Shown: positions 29,972 through 39,684, counted from the first letter of the stretch. The stretch: 45,259 nucleotides of DNA from an uncultured Gammaproteobacteria bacterium (GCA_964630895.1 CAZVYE010000006.1:1-45259), one strand, 5' to 3'. The notes: generated from the sequence alone by a model not told the origin. Translations and numbers: made by a program.

Positions 29972-31306
29972 CTATTGCGATGCCACGCTAATGCGCCGTT
30001 GCAAAGACTCCACAAACTCCCAGTTAGCGATCCGTTTCGCATACTTGCTTTGATTTAATAGCTCGGTGAGTGACAAGTTGGGGAATCGCTGATCGCGCAG
30101 GAAATGAACGAATTGACGCGTACGTAGTGCATCAAACCAGGCATGAACGTGTCTTATGAATTGATCTACGTTTGTAGAGTTTGCCTTGGCATGGTCAAGG
30201 GCGGTAAGCATGCCGATTTTTTCCAGACCGCCTGTAATCAAATCCAATTCCACATCACTCTTGTGGTTCAAAAGAGTCTTTCTAATTTGGCCTGGGTCAT
30301 CGAACAGGTCCGGAATAATGCTGATTACGGTCTGCAGCTGATCGAATACGCGCGGATCATAGTAGTCTTGTACGTACTGGCTACTTTTTGTGGCTTGCAC
30401 GTCGGCAGTGCGAAGCGCCTTGTTTACCGCAGCGCCGGTGCCGAATGGAACACGATCCGATGTTCGGGAGCGAATTTCTATAGGTGCACACCTGGCGTGT
30501 GCGAACGGGCCCACTTTGGCGAGTTTGTTGAGCATGTAAAAATCTTCCGCCGCCTGACGTTTGGGGAATCCCCGAACTTGCGCGTATGCCTGCACGTGAA
30601 CCGCAAACGCGCTGCCGACGGTCTGGAACGCATAAGGCGATCGCGCCCATGCCAGTCCCTCTTCGTACAATCTGATGAATAGCTCATAGCGCATGGTGGC
30701 CAAGTCGACCGCTGCATCGCCACAGTCGATATGCGTGAACGGGAAAAGCAGCGCGGTAAACGAGTCATCGAATGAGTCAACAGCCTCAAAATATTGCTCA
30801 GGCAATTTCGTGTCTGCATCGGTATTACATATCCAGGGACTGCTTAGTGCTCCACTGACGTACAAACCGGCAGCCATATCCGCGCCGAGCTTGCGGGCCA
30901 GGCCTACGCCCTGCTTATTTGGTAACTGAAGATGTTCACGGGTTCGATTAATCAGCACTAGCTCTACGCTAGGAGATATTCGGCTGTCTGTAGTGGGTGT
31001 TCCGATCATGACGCCGGTCCGATCACATACTGTTGAGAGATTGAACAAGCCAGCAACATCCTGCAAGAATGCCAGATTGGCCACCTTTACTTGTTCGCTG
31101 GCGTCCATCTGATGATTCACCACCACGATTAATAAGAGCCGCTGAGTGACACCGGGTAAGCGCTGCAGAAAATCTACTGTTTCTTTGTGTACCGGAATAA
31201 CAAGGCAATGAGCACAAGGCGCAATCTTCTCAGCAACAGTCGCATAGGGCAGGGCTTCGGCGTAGCTCTTTAGGTACTTATCTAAATGTGGTTTGGAGGG
31301 CTTCAA
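29972..31306 (-). CDS. Uncharacterised GT-A fold (family 2-like) glycosyltransferase
   Basis: LVIPVHKE, GVGLARKLGAD, DxD in NTDADT, QTVGS, RGFPKRQAAEDFY.LNKL.K, RTSDRVPFGTG; likely TTG start 4 nt after the miaE stop. Confidence 0.75.
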   Translation of the reverse strand: MKPSKPHLDKYLKSYAEALPYATVAEKIAPCAHCLVIPVHKETVDFLQRLPGVTQRLLLIVVVNHQMDASEQVKVANLAFLQDVAGLFNLSTVCDRTGVMIGTPTTDSRISPSVELVLINRTREHLQLPNKQGVGLARKLGADMAAGLYVSGALSSPWICNTDADTKLPEQYFEAVDSFDDSFTALLFPFTHIDCGDAAVDLATMRYELFIRLYEEGLAWARSPYAFQTVGSAFAVHVQAYAQVRGFPKRQAAEDFYMLNKLAKVGPFAHARCAPIEIRSRTSDRVPFGTGAAVNKALRTADVQATKSSQYVQDYYDPRVFDQLQTVISIIPDLFDDPGQIRKTLLNHKSDVELDLITGGLEKIGMLTALDHAKANSTNVDQFIRHVHAWFDALRTRQFVHFLRDQRFPNLSLTELLNQSKYAKRIANWEFVESLQRRISVASQ

Positions 31307-31310
31307 CGGT

Positions 31311-31886
31311 TTAATGCAGCGCAGCTCTAATGGGTAAGTTGGCAACAATATCCGCTTCAGATTCTAGTAATTCTTCTAAGCGAGGGGCGATAGTATCTTC
31401 AGGAAAATAAAGTTTCGCCAGGTCGATAAACAGCTGGTGATGGTTTTGCTCGGATCGAGTGATGGAGACGTAGAATCTTTTCAGGCTCTCGTCTTCTAAT
31501 GCGGCGGCGACTAGCCCGAATCGTTCGGCGCCACGGGCCTCGATAATGCCCGCGATCAGCAGCCGATCCAGAAGGTACGCATCGCGCCCCTGGCGCATGA
31601 GTTTGCGCACCGCGTTGACGTATGGATCTTTTTCATCTGCGCCCATAATCAGGTTGCGCTCCATTAAGAGCTTTACTACGGCGCGAAAATGGGTCAGTTC
31701 CTCCAGCGCGAGATCTACCATTGCCCGCACCAATTCCGTTCGATCGGGGTAGTGGGCAACCATGGTCATTGCCATGCTGGACGCCTTTTTCTCCGCTGCG
31801 GCATGGTCTAGCAAGAACTTGTTAAAGTCGGCGAGCACACATTCGGTCCACGACCGGGGTGTCTCAAACCCAAGTTTAATATTCAT
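31311..31886 (-). CDS. miaE: tRNA-(ms2io6A37) hydroxylase, di-iron carboxylate family
   Basis: LLDHAAAEKKAS, EELTHF, DPYV, LLDRLL..GIIEARGAERF, SE.NH. Confidence 0.88.
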   Translation of the reverse strand: MNIKLGFETPRSWTECVLADFNKFLLDHAAAEKKASSMAMTMVAHYPDRTELVRAMVDLALEELTHFRAVVKLLMERNLIMGADEKDPYVNAVRKLMRQGRDAYLLDRLLIAGIIEARGAERFGLVAAALEDESLKRFYVSITRSEQNHHQLFIDLAKLYFPEDTIAPRLEELLESEADIVANLPIRAALH

Positions 31887-31977
31887 CTATGTCGGATTGC
31901 TTTTGGCAGCGCGCATCATACCGCAGATCAGACTCTGTGGAAGCTAGCCCGGCCAGGCCATATTCAGGGCGCTCGTA

Positions 31978-32019
31978 TTGACGTTAGTGACACTAATCCG
32001 TACCATATCGGTACTGTTT
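31978..32019 (+). promoter_or_regulatory. Sigma70 promoter of the suf operon overlapped by a 25-bp Rrf2-type operator
   Basis: TTGACG (31978-31983), 17-nt spacer, TACCAT (32001-32006); imperfect inverted repeat AATCCGTACC-N5-GGTACTGTTT (31995-32019). Confidence 0.7.
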
Positions 32020-32037
32020 AACGTGGTCCCACCTATC

Positions 32038-32502
32038 GTGCTGCGCATCGCAAAATTAACCGACTATGCTTTACTGATTGCTACTGCCATGGCAGAGCAG
32101 CCGGAGCGCCGTTTTTCTGCTTCCGAGTTGGCCGCAGAGGTGCACTTAGAGCCTCCTACGGTTAGCAAGGTGCTTAAGTTACTGGCAAAGGCCGGTGCAA
32201 TCCGTTCGTTTCGTGGGGCTCAGGGTGGCTATCAAATGGACCACTCACCGGAAAAAGTAAGTGTTGCAGATATTATCGTGGCTATTGAAGGCCCAATCGG
32301 CATGACTGAATGCAGTCAGCATAAAGGTCTGTGTAGTCAGGAGTCTCGCTGCCGACTTCGCCGACATTGGCGGCGCATTAGTGGCGCTGTTGGTGACGCT
32401 TTAGGAGCGATTACGCTGGCGGATATGTTGCAACCAGACTTGCCAATGCCCACCTTGGCAAAGATTGAGGTAAGTGCTCTTTCGAGCAAAAAATCATTAT
32501 GA
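32038..32502 (+). CDS. SUF system Fe-S cluster assembly regulator (Rrf2/IscR family)
   Basis: [39 protein letters not shown] with C-X6-C-X5-C; GTG start at 32038. Confidence 0.93.
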   Translation: MLRIAKLTDYALLIATAMAEQPERRFSASELAAEVHLEPPTVSKVLKLLAKAGAIRSFRGAQGGYQMDHSPEKVSVADIIVAIEGPIGMTECSQHKGLCSQESRCRLRRHWRRISGAVGDALGAITLADMLQPDLPMPTLAKIEVSALSSKKSL

Positions 32503-33995
32503 GTACACTGGAACAAGAACATAAAACTGCAAGCGAGCAGGAAGCGGTGCACAAGCGCAACGCGGAACAAAATCTGGATGAGCTCGTAGATCGCCGCTAT
32601 GAGCATGGTTGGTCTACTGACATTGAATCGGACACGCTTCCGCCGGGTTTGGACGCCGATGTCGTTCGTGCGATTTCGCAGAAAAAAGACGAGCCGGAGT
32701 GGCTCACGGACTGGCGTCTGAAGGCATTCGAACACTGGAGCAACATGCGCGAGCCCAATTGGGCGCACGTGAACTTTCCCAAGATCGATTACCAGGCAAT
32801 TTCATATTATGCGGCACCAAAAGGTCCAAAGTACGAAAGTTGGGATGAGGTTCCAGCGGAACTCATTGAAACCTATGACAAGTTAGGTGTGCCGCTGCAC
32901 GAGCGAGCGAAATTGGCTGGTGTGGCCGTCGACGCAGTGTTTGACTCGGTGTCTGTGGGCACAACTTTTAAAGAAGAGTTGGCCAAGGCGGGCGTAATTT
33001 TCTGCTCTTTCTCTGAAGCAGTAAAGGACCATCCTGAGCTGGTGCGAGAGTATCTTGGCTCGGTAGTTCCGTACAGCGACAATTACTTCGCAGCGCTTAA
33101 TTCGGCTGTCTTTTCCGACGGATCGTTTGTGTTTATCCCCAAGGGTGTTAAGTGTCCTATGGAGCTATCCACCTATTTCCGTATAAACGCAATTAATACG
33201 GGACAATTTGAGCGCACCCTGATTATTGCGGAAGAAGGCAGCCAGGTTAGCTATCTCGAGGGCTGCACGGCGCCTATGCGCGACGAGAATCAGTTGCATG
33301 CGGCTGTTGTTGAGCTGGTCGCGTTGGAGCGAGCCAATATCAAATACTCCACCGTGCAGAACTGGTATCCCGGAGATGAAGACGGTGTGGGCGGCATCTA
33401 CAATTTCGTAACCAAGCGCGGCGACTGTCGTGGCGACGATTCAAAAATCTCTTGGACGCAGGTGGAGACCGGATCGGCGATTACCTGGAAGTACCCTTCC
33501 TGCATTTTGCGCGGTGACCGATCAAGCGGCGAATTTTATTCAGTGGCGCTAACCAACAATCATCAGCAAGCCGATACCGGCACCAAGATGATTCACGTGG
33601 GCAAGAATACGAAGAGCTATATCGTCTCCAAAGGAATATCCGCAGGCAAAGGGCAGAACGCTTATCGTGGTTTGGTGCAAGTGCATGCGGGCGCGGACGA
33701 TGCGCGAAACTTTACCCAATGTGACTCACTGTTGATTGGTAAAGAATGCGGTGCTCACACCTTTCCCTACATAGAAGCGAAAAATCCAAGCGCCGTAATA
33801 GAGCATGAGGCAACCACCTCAAAAATTAGTGATGATCAGCTGTTTTATTGCTTACAGCGTGGTATCCCGGAAGAGGATGCCGTATCCATGATCGTGGACG
33901 GTTTCTGTAAAGAGGTGTTCAAAGAGTTGCCCATGGAGTTTGCGGTAGAGGCGAAGAAATTATTGGAAGTCAGCCTGGAAGGCGCGGTTGGCTAA
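32499..33995 (+). CDS. sufB: Fe-S cluster assembly protein SufB
   Basis: [67 protein letters not shown]. Confidence 0.98.
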   Translation: MSTLEQEHKTASEQEAVHKRNAEQNLDELVDRRYEHGWSTDIESDTLPPGLDADVVRAISQKKDEPEWLTDWRLKAFEHWSNMREPNWAHVNFPKIDYQAISYYAAPKGPKYESWDEVPAELIETYDKLGVPLHERAKLAGVAVDAVFDSVSVGTTFKEELAKAGVIFCSFSEAVKDHPELVREYLGSVVPYSDNYFAALNSAVFSDGSFVFIPKGVKCPMELSTYFRINAINTGQFERTLIIAEEGSQVSYLEGCTAPMRDENQLHAAVVELVALERANIKYSTVQNWYPGDEDGVGGIYNFVTKRGDCRGDDSKISWTQVETGSAITWKYPSCILRGDRSSGEFYSVALTNNHQQADTGTKMIHVGKNTKSYIVSKGISAGKGQNAYRGLVQVHAGADDARNFTQCDSLLIGKECGAHTFPYIEAKNPSAVIEHEATTSKISDDQLFYCLQRGIPEEDAVSMIVDGFCKEVFKELPMEFAVEAKKLLEVSLEGAVG

Positions 33996-34041
33996 TCGCG
34001 GCTGCTGAAGCGCGATTAATAAACCCAAAAGAAAATACATT

Positions 34042-34797
34042 ATGACAATGCTTAAGATTGAAAATTTACACGCCGAAGTAGAAGGCAAAAAGATTCTGAA
34101 AGGCCTGAACCTGGAAGTGGCTGCCGGCGAAGTTGTGGCAATTATGGGGCCCAACGGCTCCGGCAAAAGCACCCTGGCTAATGTGCTGGCTGGACGGCCA
34201 GGCTATGAGATAACCGAAGGCTCAATAAGCTATCAGGGGGCGGACTTGATGGAGTTAAGCCCCGACGAGCGAGCCTGCGCCGGCGTGTTTTTGGCGTTTC
34301 AGTATCCAGTTGAGATTCCAGGTGTTAATAACACGTATTTTTTGCGAACCGCATTGAACGCTCAGCGCAAGGAGCGTGGCGAGACAGAATTGAACTCGAT
34401 GGAGTTTCTAAAGTTGGTGCGGGAGAAACTCAAGATTCTGCACATTCGAGACGATTTGCTGCATCGTGCCGTTAACGAAGGTTTTTCTGGCGGCGAGAAA
34501 AAACGCAATGAAATTTTTCAAATGGCTGTCTTGGAGCCACAGTTGGCTATTCTGGACGAGACTGACTCTGGGCTGGATATTGATGCTTTGAAGATCGTTT
34601 CGGATGGCGTAAATCAGCTCCGCGACACCAATAGAAGTTTTATTGTGGTAACGCATTATCAGCGTCTGCTGGACCACATTGTTCCCGACTCGGTTCACGT
34701 ACTGTCGGATGGCCAGATAATTAAATCTGGTGATAAAGATTTGGCGGTCAAACTAGAACAAGAAGGGTACGGTTGGTTAGAAGAGACCGCGGCATAG
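34042..34797 (+). CDS. sufC: Fe-S cluster assembly ATPase SufC
   Basis: GPNGSGKSTL, FLAFQYPVEIPGV, GFSGGEKKRNE, LDETDSGLDIDAL, THYQRLL. Confidence 0.98.
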   Translation: MTMLKIENLHAEVEGKKILKGLNLEVAAGEVVAIMGPNGSGKSTLANVLAGRPGYEITEGSISYQGADLMELSPDERACAGVFLAFQYPVEIPGVNNTYFLRTALNAQRKERGETELNSMEFLKLVREKLKILHIRDDLLHRAVNEGFSGGEKKRNEIFQMAVLEPQLAILDETDSGLDIDALKIVSDGVNQLRDTNRSFIVVTHYQRLLDHIVPDSVHVLSDGQIIKSGDKDLAVKLEQEGYGWLEETAA

Positions 34798-34799
34798 AC

Positions 34800-36080
34800 A
34801 TGAAAGCAGCTATTCATCAAGACCATGATACTTCGGTCAGCACCGACGCATTGCGTCAGTCATTTGATCAACACGGCATTCCGCAATCCAGGTTGGAATC
34901 TTGGAAGTATACCAATCTGCGTAGTCTGACCCTGGAAAAATTTCCGCGTGCCGACAAATCTTCCGTGGTGCTGGAACCTGAAGACCTGGCGGATTTATTA
35001 CCCCAAAGTGGCGACGGTAGTCGACTCGTGTTGGTAAACGGTCAGGTCTCTGATCAATTGAGCATACTGCCAGAATCTGGTGTGACAATACGCAAAGAGA
35101 CAATTACCACGCTGGAACATCCGGCGTTGGCTCATCTGGATCTAAATGATGCGGCGAACAGTCTGGCTGCACTGGCAGTAACGGAGATGGGTCAATCGGT
35201 TGTAATTGACGTAGATGCCCGTTCGAATTGCGATAATCTCCTGGAGATTGTCCACGTCGCGGTGGGCGGAGAGTCTAACCAGCGCATTGCTACTGGCCTT
35301 ATGGTAAATGTTCAAGAGGGCGGCTCGCTACAGATTTCGGAGTCTTTCCATGACTTTGGTGAAGTTGGCCAATGGCATAACTATGTGAGTCTGGTCGCGC
35401 TGGATGCGCATTCACGCCTGGACTGGCTGCGTGTTCAAGCTGCTTCTGCGAAACACTATTTGTACTGCAGTTCTACCGTATCGCAAAAGCAAGGCAGCAA
35501 TTTCTCTCTACACGGCTTTGATGTGGGTGGACGCATTACCCGTCACGATACCAAAGTCGCTCTCGTGGGAGAGGGCGCTCATTGTGATCTACACGGGGTG
35601 TATGCCTTAGATAAGCGCCGCCATGTGGATCACCAGGTATGTGTAGATCATATTTCAGCTAATGCCAGCAGTAGCCAAGTCTACAAAGGGATCGTAGACG
35701 CAGGCGCTCGTGGAATCTGGAACGGGAAGGCGGTTGTGCGTAAAGGTGCGGATGGCACTGATGCCAGACAAAAGAACGCCAACCTGCTGCTATCAGACAA
35801 GGCGGAAATTGATGCCAAGCCAGAGCTGGAAATTTACGCGGATGATGTGAAATGCGCCCACGGTGCCACGATAGGGCAACTAGATGCCCGGCAGCTTTTC
35901 TACCTGCAATCAAGGGGTATTGAAGAGTCTGAGGCGAGGCTGCTACTAACCCACGCATTTTGTCGCGAAGTTGTAGAAATGGTACCGATGTCCTCGGAAC
36001 ATGATCGCATCAATGCGTTGTTGGCAGAACATTTGCCGCGCAACGAAGCGCTCCAAGACGTTGTGGAAGATGATCTGTAA
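34800..36080 (+). CDS. sufD: Fe-S cluster assembly protein SufD
   Basis: E.WKYT.L, QVYKGI, NANLLLS, IDAKPELEIYADDVKCAHGAT, LFYL.SRGI; start corrected to ATG 34800. Confidence 0.95.
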   Translation: MKAAIHQDHDTSVSTDALRQSFDQHGIPQSRLESWKYTNLRSLTLEKFPRADKSSVVLEPEDLADLLPQSGDGSRLVLVNGQVSDQLSILPESGVTIRKETITTLEHPALAHLDLNDAANSLAALAVTEMGQSVVIDVDARSNCDNLLEIVHVAVGGESNQRIATGLMVNVQEGGSLQISESFHDFGEVGQWHNYVSLVALDAHSRLDWLRVQAASAKHYLYCSSTVSQKQGSNFSLHGFDVGGRITRHDTKVALVGEGAHCDLHGVYALDKRRHVDHQVCVDHISANASSSQVYKGIVDAGARGIWNGKAVVRKGADGTDARQKNANLLLSDKAEIDAKPELEIYADDVKCAHGATIGQLDARQLFYLQSRGIEESEARLLLTHAFCREVVEMVPMSSEHDRINALLAEHLPRNEALQDVVEDDL

Positions 36081-36176
36081 CGACTCCTCAGAGTTTTAGG
36101 CTGCTCTCGAAGTCGCCGCAAAATCAAATGAGTCAACAATTGAAAATGACCGGAATAACCATCTGAAGGATTTCTC

Positions 36177-37424
36177 ATGAGCGCAGTCTCTAGAACCAAT
36201 GATACGGCTTTTGATGTCTTCAAGATTCGCCAGGACTTTCCGATACTAAGTCGAGAAGTACATGGAAAGCCACTGATATATTTCGATAATGCGGCGTCTG
36301 CTCAAAGGCCCTTGGCAGTGATCGAAGCCACTGACAACTTCTATCGCAATATCAATGCCAATATTCACCGCGGCGTGCATACATTGAGTGAGACCGCCAC
36401 CGAAGCCTTTGAAAGCGCGCGTGACACCATGCGGGACTTTTTAGGTGCCGCAGAATCTGCCGAGATCGTTTGCACTCGAGGAGCTACCGAAGGCGTCAAT
36501 CTGGTGGCCCAGGCATTTGTGCGTCCGCAGGTGGGTGAGGGTGATGAAATACTCATTACCCACATGGAGCACCATTCAAACATCGTGCCCTGGCAATTGG
36601 TTTGTGAGCAAACTGGTGCGACCCTCAAAGTGGCACCGGTCAATGATCGCGGCGAGCTCATTGTTGATGAGTTCAAAGCCTTGCTGAGTGACCGAACCAA
36701 GATGGTTGCCATGATTCATGTGTCCAATGCGCTGGGCACCATAAACCCCATCAAAGAGTTGATAGCAGCGGCACACGAACGTGACATTCCCGTCCTTATA
36801 GATGGCGCTCAATCAACGCCCCATATGGCCATTGATGTACAGGATCTGGACTGCGATTTTTTCTGCGTCGCTGGCCACAAAATGTTTGGACCCACCGGCA
36901 TTGGTGTGTTGTACGGAAAGCGCAAATACCTAGATGCAATGCCACCGTACCATGGCGGCGGCGAGATGATTAAGCACGTTACGTTTGAAAAGACGATTTA
37001 TAACGATTTACCGGCGAAGTTTGAGGCAGGCACGCCCAACATTGCTGGCGGGATCGGTCTTGGTGCAGCTGCAGAGTATTTGATGCAGCTGGGCCTGGAT
37101 AACATAGCGGCCTATGAGAACGAATTATTGCAGTACGCAACGCATGCCTTTGAAAGTATCGATGGACTTACTTTAGTCGGGACCGCCGCCAACAAAGCCG
37201 CAGTGCTTTCATTTACTTTGGATGGAATCCATCCTCACGACCTGGGCACTATTCTGGATCATTCAGGGATTGCCATTCGTACTGGACACCATTGCACCAT
37301 GCCGCTGATGCAGCGCTTTGGTTTGCCAGCGACAGCTCGCGCGTCACTCGCTTTTTATAACACGTTCGATGAGATTGATCAGTTTGTTGAGGCGGTGAAA
37401 AAAGCGCGGGATATGCTTGCTTAA
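36177..37424 (+). CDS. sufS: Group II cysteine desulfurase SufS
   Basis: YFDNAAS, ANIHRGVH, MEHHSNIVPW, DGAQ, GHKMFGPTGIG, FEAGTP, IRTGHHC. Confidence 0.97.
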   Translation: MSAVSRTNDTAFDVFKIRQDFPILSREVHGKPLIYFDNAASAQRPLAVIEATDNFYRNINANIHRGVHTLSETATEAFESARDTMRDFLGAAESAEIVCTRGATEGVNLVAQAFVRPQVGEGDEILITHMEHHSNIVPWQLVCEQTGATLKVAPVNDRGELIVDEFKALLSDRTKMVAMIHVSNALGTINPIKELIAAAHERDIPVLIDGAQSTPHMAIDVQDLDCDFFCVAGHKMFGPTGIGVLYGKRKYLDAMPPYHGGGEMIKHVTFEKTIYNDLPAKFEAGTPNIAGGIGLGAAAEYLMQLGLDNIAAYENELLQYATHAFESIDGLTLVGTAANKAAVLSFTLDGIHPHDLGTILDHSGIAIRTGHHCTMPLMQRFGLPATARASLAFYNTFDEIDQFVEAVKKARDMLA

Positions 37425-37438
37425 GTCAGGCCGGGAAC

Positions 37439-37903
37439 ATGCAGCCTGAAGCTAGCGCCGCTTTGCAGTCGCTGTATCGGGATTCGGTTCTCGAACATAA
37501 TCGCAATCCGCGCAACCATGGGCAGCCAAGCGAGTTTACGCATAGTGCTCGCGGTCTAAATGCGCTGTGTGGCGACGACATTACGGTGTTCGCTCAGGTA
37601 GACGCTGATACGATTATTTCTTTGCATTTTATCGGTGAACCTAGCGCCATTACCATGGCGTCCGCTTCCATGATGTGTGAGGTCGCATCGGGAAAGTCTC
37701 GAGATTTTCTGCTGGCGACCAAGCGCGCGCTGGAGAACATGCTTGCCCAGCCGCCAGACCAGGCTCCTTCGCACGAAGAACTTGGAAATCTAGTGGCATT
37801 TGCTGGGGTTAAGGCCTACCCATCAAGGATACGTGCTGTGTTATTGCCGTGGGCGGCGCTAGAGGCTGCGCTGAATGAAAAACATGAAGCGACCACAGAA
37901 TAA
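37439..37903 (+). CDS. sufU: SufU (NifU_N/IscU family) protein with degenerate cysteine set
   Basis: LY...VLEH.RNPRN.G, N.LCGD.I, ASASMM, GV..YP.R....LPW; the second and third conserved Cys are absent. Confidence 0.85.
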   Translation: MQPEASAALQSLYRDSVLEHNRNPRNHGQPSEFTHSARGLNALCGDDITVFAQVDADTIISLHFIGEPSAITMASASMMCEVASGKSRDFLLATKRALENMLAQPPDQAPSHEELGNLVAFAGVKAYPSRIRAVLLPWAALEAALNEKHEATTE

Positions 37904-37912
37904 GGACGAATA

Positions 37913-38233
37913 ATGACTGAGTGGACCAAAGTTGCATCTGTCGATGGTTTCGAGAACGGTAGCTACAGAGTGGTCGATGTGGATGATGTGTTGATTGCAG
38001 TGTTCAACGTGGACGGCAAGTTTTATGCCATTGAAGATGTGTGCACGCACGATGGTGGAGAGCTTACCGGTGGGCGTTTTGAAGGCTGCGAGGTGGAGTG
38101 TCCTCGCCACGGTGCTCGATTTGATGTGACCACAGGTGAGGCACTATGTGCGCCTGCGTTTGTGCCGACGGCGGTATTCCCAGTGAAGCTAGAAGATGGC
38201 TTCGTTTACACGCGGGATGACCGCTGGGATTAG
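37913..38233 (+). CDS. Rieske [2Fe-2S] ferredoxin
   Basis: CTHD...CPRHGARFD..TG; 106 aa at the end of the suf operon. Confidence 0.95.
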   Translation: MTEWTKVASVDGFENGSYRVVDVDDVLIAVFNVDGKFYAIEDVCTHDGGELTGGRFEGCEVECPRHGARFDVTTGEALCAPAFVPTAVFPVKLEDGFVYTRDDRWD

Positions 38234-38592
38234 CCAGCGGTTGCGGCGCGATTTATCTTGCAAGACTTCCTATCTATTTGCCCTTTATCCCAGAGTTGCA
38301 ATGATCTTTCAGCGTGTCACCAGATTGTTGACGGCAAGAAACGCTTGCTGGATTTGACTGGTAATTAGCGCAACAGCCCAGCCTTGCTGATGCCTCTGTC
38401 AACGGTCGGTCGGGCAGTCTTACTGCCAACCTGTAAACATTTCTCGCTCAAATTGCCCAAGACTTAACATAGGTAAAGCGCTTGGGTTGGGGTATGACCA
38501 GCTGTCGGAAAATGCTGCATCTGGTCGTGGCAGAATAGACAATAGCGTTCAGTTTGATATTCTAGTAACTTCTAGGTTATCAGGGTATCTAT

Positions 38593-39192
38593 TTGAAAAA
38601 GCTGCTTTTAATTGTTTTCATATTTGGCGCATTGATTGCTCTAATTGCGCCGACGTATGTTGGTGCGCAGGTATTTGTGCGGCCGCTTGACTGGTCAATA
38701 TGCCAGAGTGTGCCGATTAGCCAACAACCTATTGGATGCGAAGGATTTAATGTTCGGCTGCGGATGATAGCGGAAAAGTATCCCCGATTGGCGCAAGGGG
38801 TGGCAGACGCATTTAGGGAAATGGGCGGTGCCCCCAGTTGGGGTGGTTATAAGACATTGAAGGGTGGGCACTTTGCAGGTGCGCCGGATCTTGTTTTGGA
38901 TACTTATGGCTACGATAACGTAGCCAGTGCATCCTATGATCCTGTGAATAAGGTGCTAATTGTCGACTCTCACAATGGTTCGCTGAATTGTCAGCCTGTC
39001 GGTGCTACTGCTGACTTGCCTCCATCAAACGATGTGGCCTTCGTTGATGGTCGCCTGGTGATTTTAACTGGCCCAATTATCTTTGATCCCACACCGGGCA
39101 AATCCACAATAAAAATATTGTCCAGTCATGGCAATAACGTTTGTTCGGCAAGCGCAAACCAACTGCCTTTGTTTACAAGTTCTTTCGAATAG
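38593..39192 (+). CDS. Hypothetical secreted protein
   Basis: TTG start with MKKLLLIVFIFGALIALIA signal peptide; four Cys; ends PLFTSSFE; no family recognised. Confidence 0.7.
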   Translation: MKKLLLIVFIFGALIALIAPTYVGAQVFVRPLDWSICQSVPISQQPIGCEGFNVRLRMIAEKYPRLAQGVADAFREMGGAPSWGGYKTLKGGHFAGAPDLVLDTYGYDNVASASYDPVNKVLIVDSHNGSLNCQPVGATADLPPSNDVAFVDGRLVILTGPIIFDPTPGKSTIKILSSHGNNVCSASANQLPLFTSSFE

Positions 39193-39273
39193 AGTTTTGG
39201 TGACACACTGATACTTAGGCAGAAACGTTGGACCGGTCCCGTAAACAGGTAAACGCTGAATCAATTCTGACTC

Positions 39274-39307
39274 AAAAAAAAGGCTGCCCTCCATGGCAGC
39301 CTTTTTT
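39274..39307. terminator. Bidirectional intrinsic terminator between the orphan secreted gene and comEA
   Basis: A8-GGCTGCC-ctccat-GGCAGCC-T6. Confidence 0.92.
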
Positions 39308-39352
39308 CATATTCACACTGATGTGTTTTAGATAGCGTTTTTACACCTCAGG

Positions 39353-39652
39353 TCAGCCTTTCTGCTCAGTTTCGGCAACCTGAATAAACTCTCGATTTTT
39401 CTCCACCGTTTTCAAGCCAATTCCTTTTACATTGACCAACTCGTCGGCATGCTTGAATCCGCCGATCTCCTCGCGGAGTTCGACTATAGCTTGCGCTTTT
39501 TTCATGCCCACTCCGTCTAATGCCTCTGCAAGTTCCTCTGCGGTAGCGGTGTTCACGTTCACGGGTTGACCTGCATGAGCTGGCAAACTAACGATGCTGG
39601 CCGCAATGATCATGGCAAACAGAATGGCACTGATTTTGGTTTTGATATTCAT
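39353..39652 (-). CDS. comEA: ComEA family periplasmic helix-hairpin-helix DNA-binding protein
   Basis: Signal peptide, then VNVNTATAEELAEAL.GVG.KKAQAIV..RE..G.FK..DEL..VKGIG.KT; ATG 39652 behind GGAGGA. Confidence 0.93.
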   Translation of the reverse strand: MNIKTKISAILFAMIIAASIVSLPAHAGQPVNVNTATAEELAEALDGVGMKKAQAIVELREEIGGFKHADELVNVKGIGLKTVEKNREFIQVAETEQKG

Positions 39653-39684
39653 AGATATTCCTCCATTGAAAATATAATTAATTA

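Noticed and set aside
33993-34018. Hairpin TAATCGCG-N10-CGCGATTA between sufB and sufC
   Set aside because: No U-tract on the coding strand; an ordinary intra-operon stem-loop.
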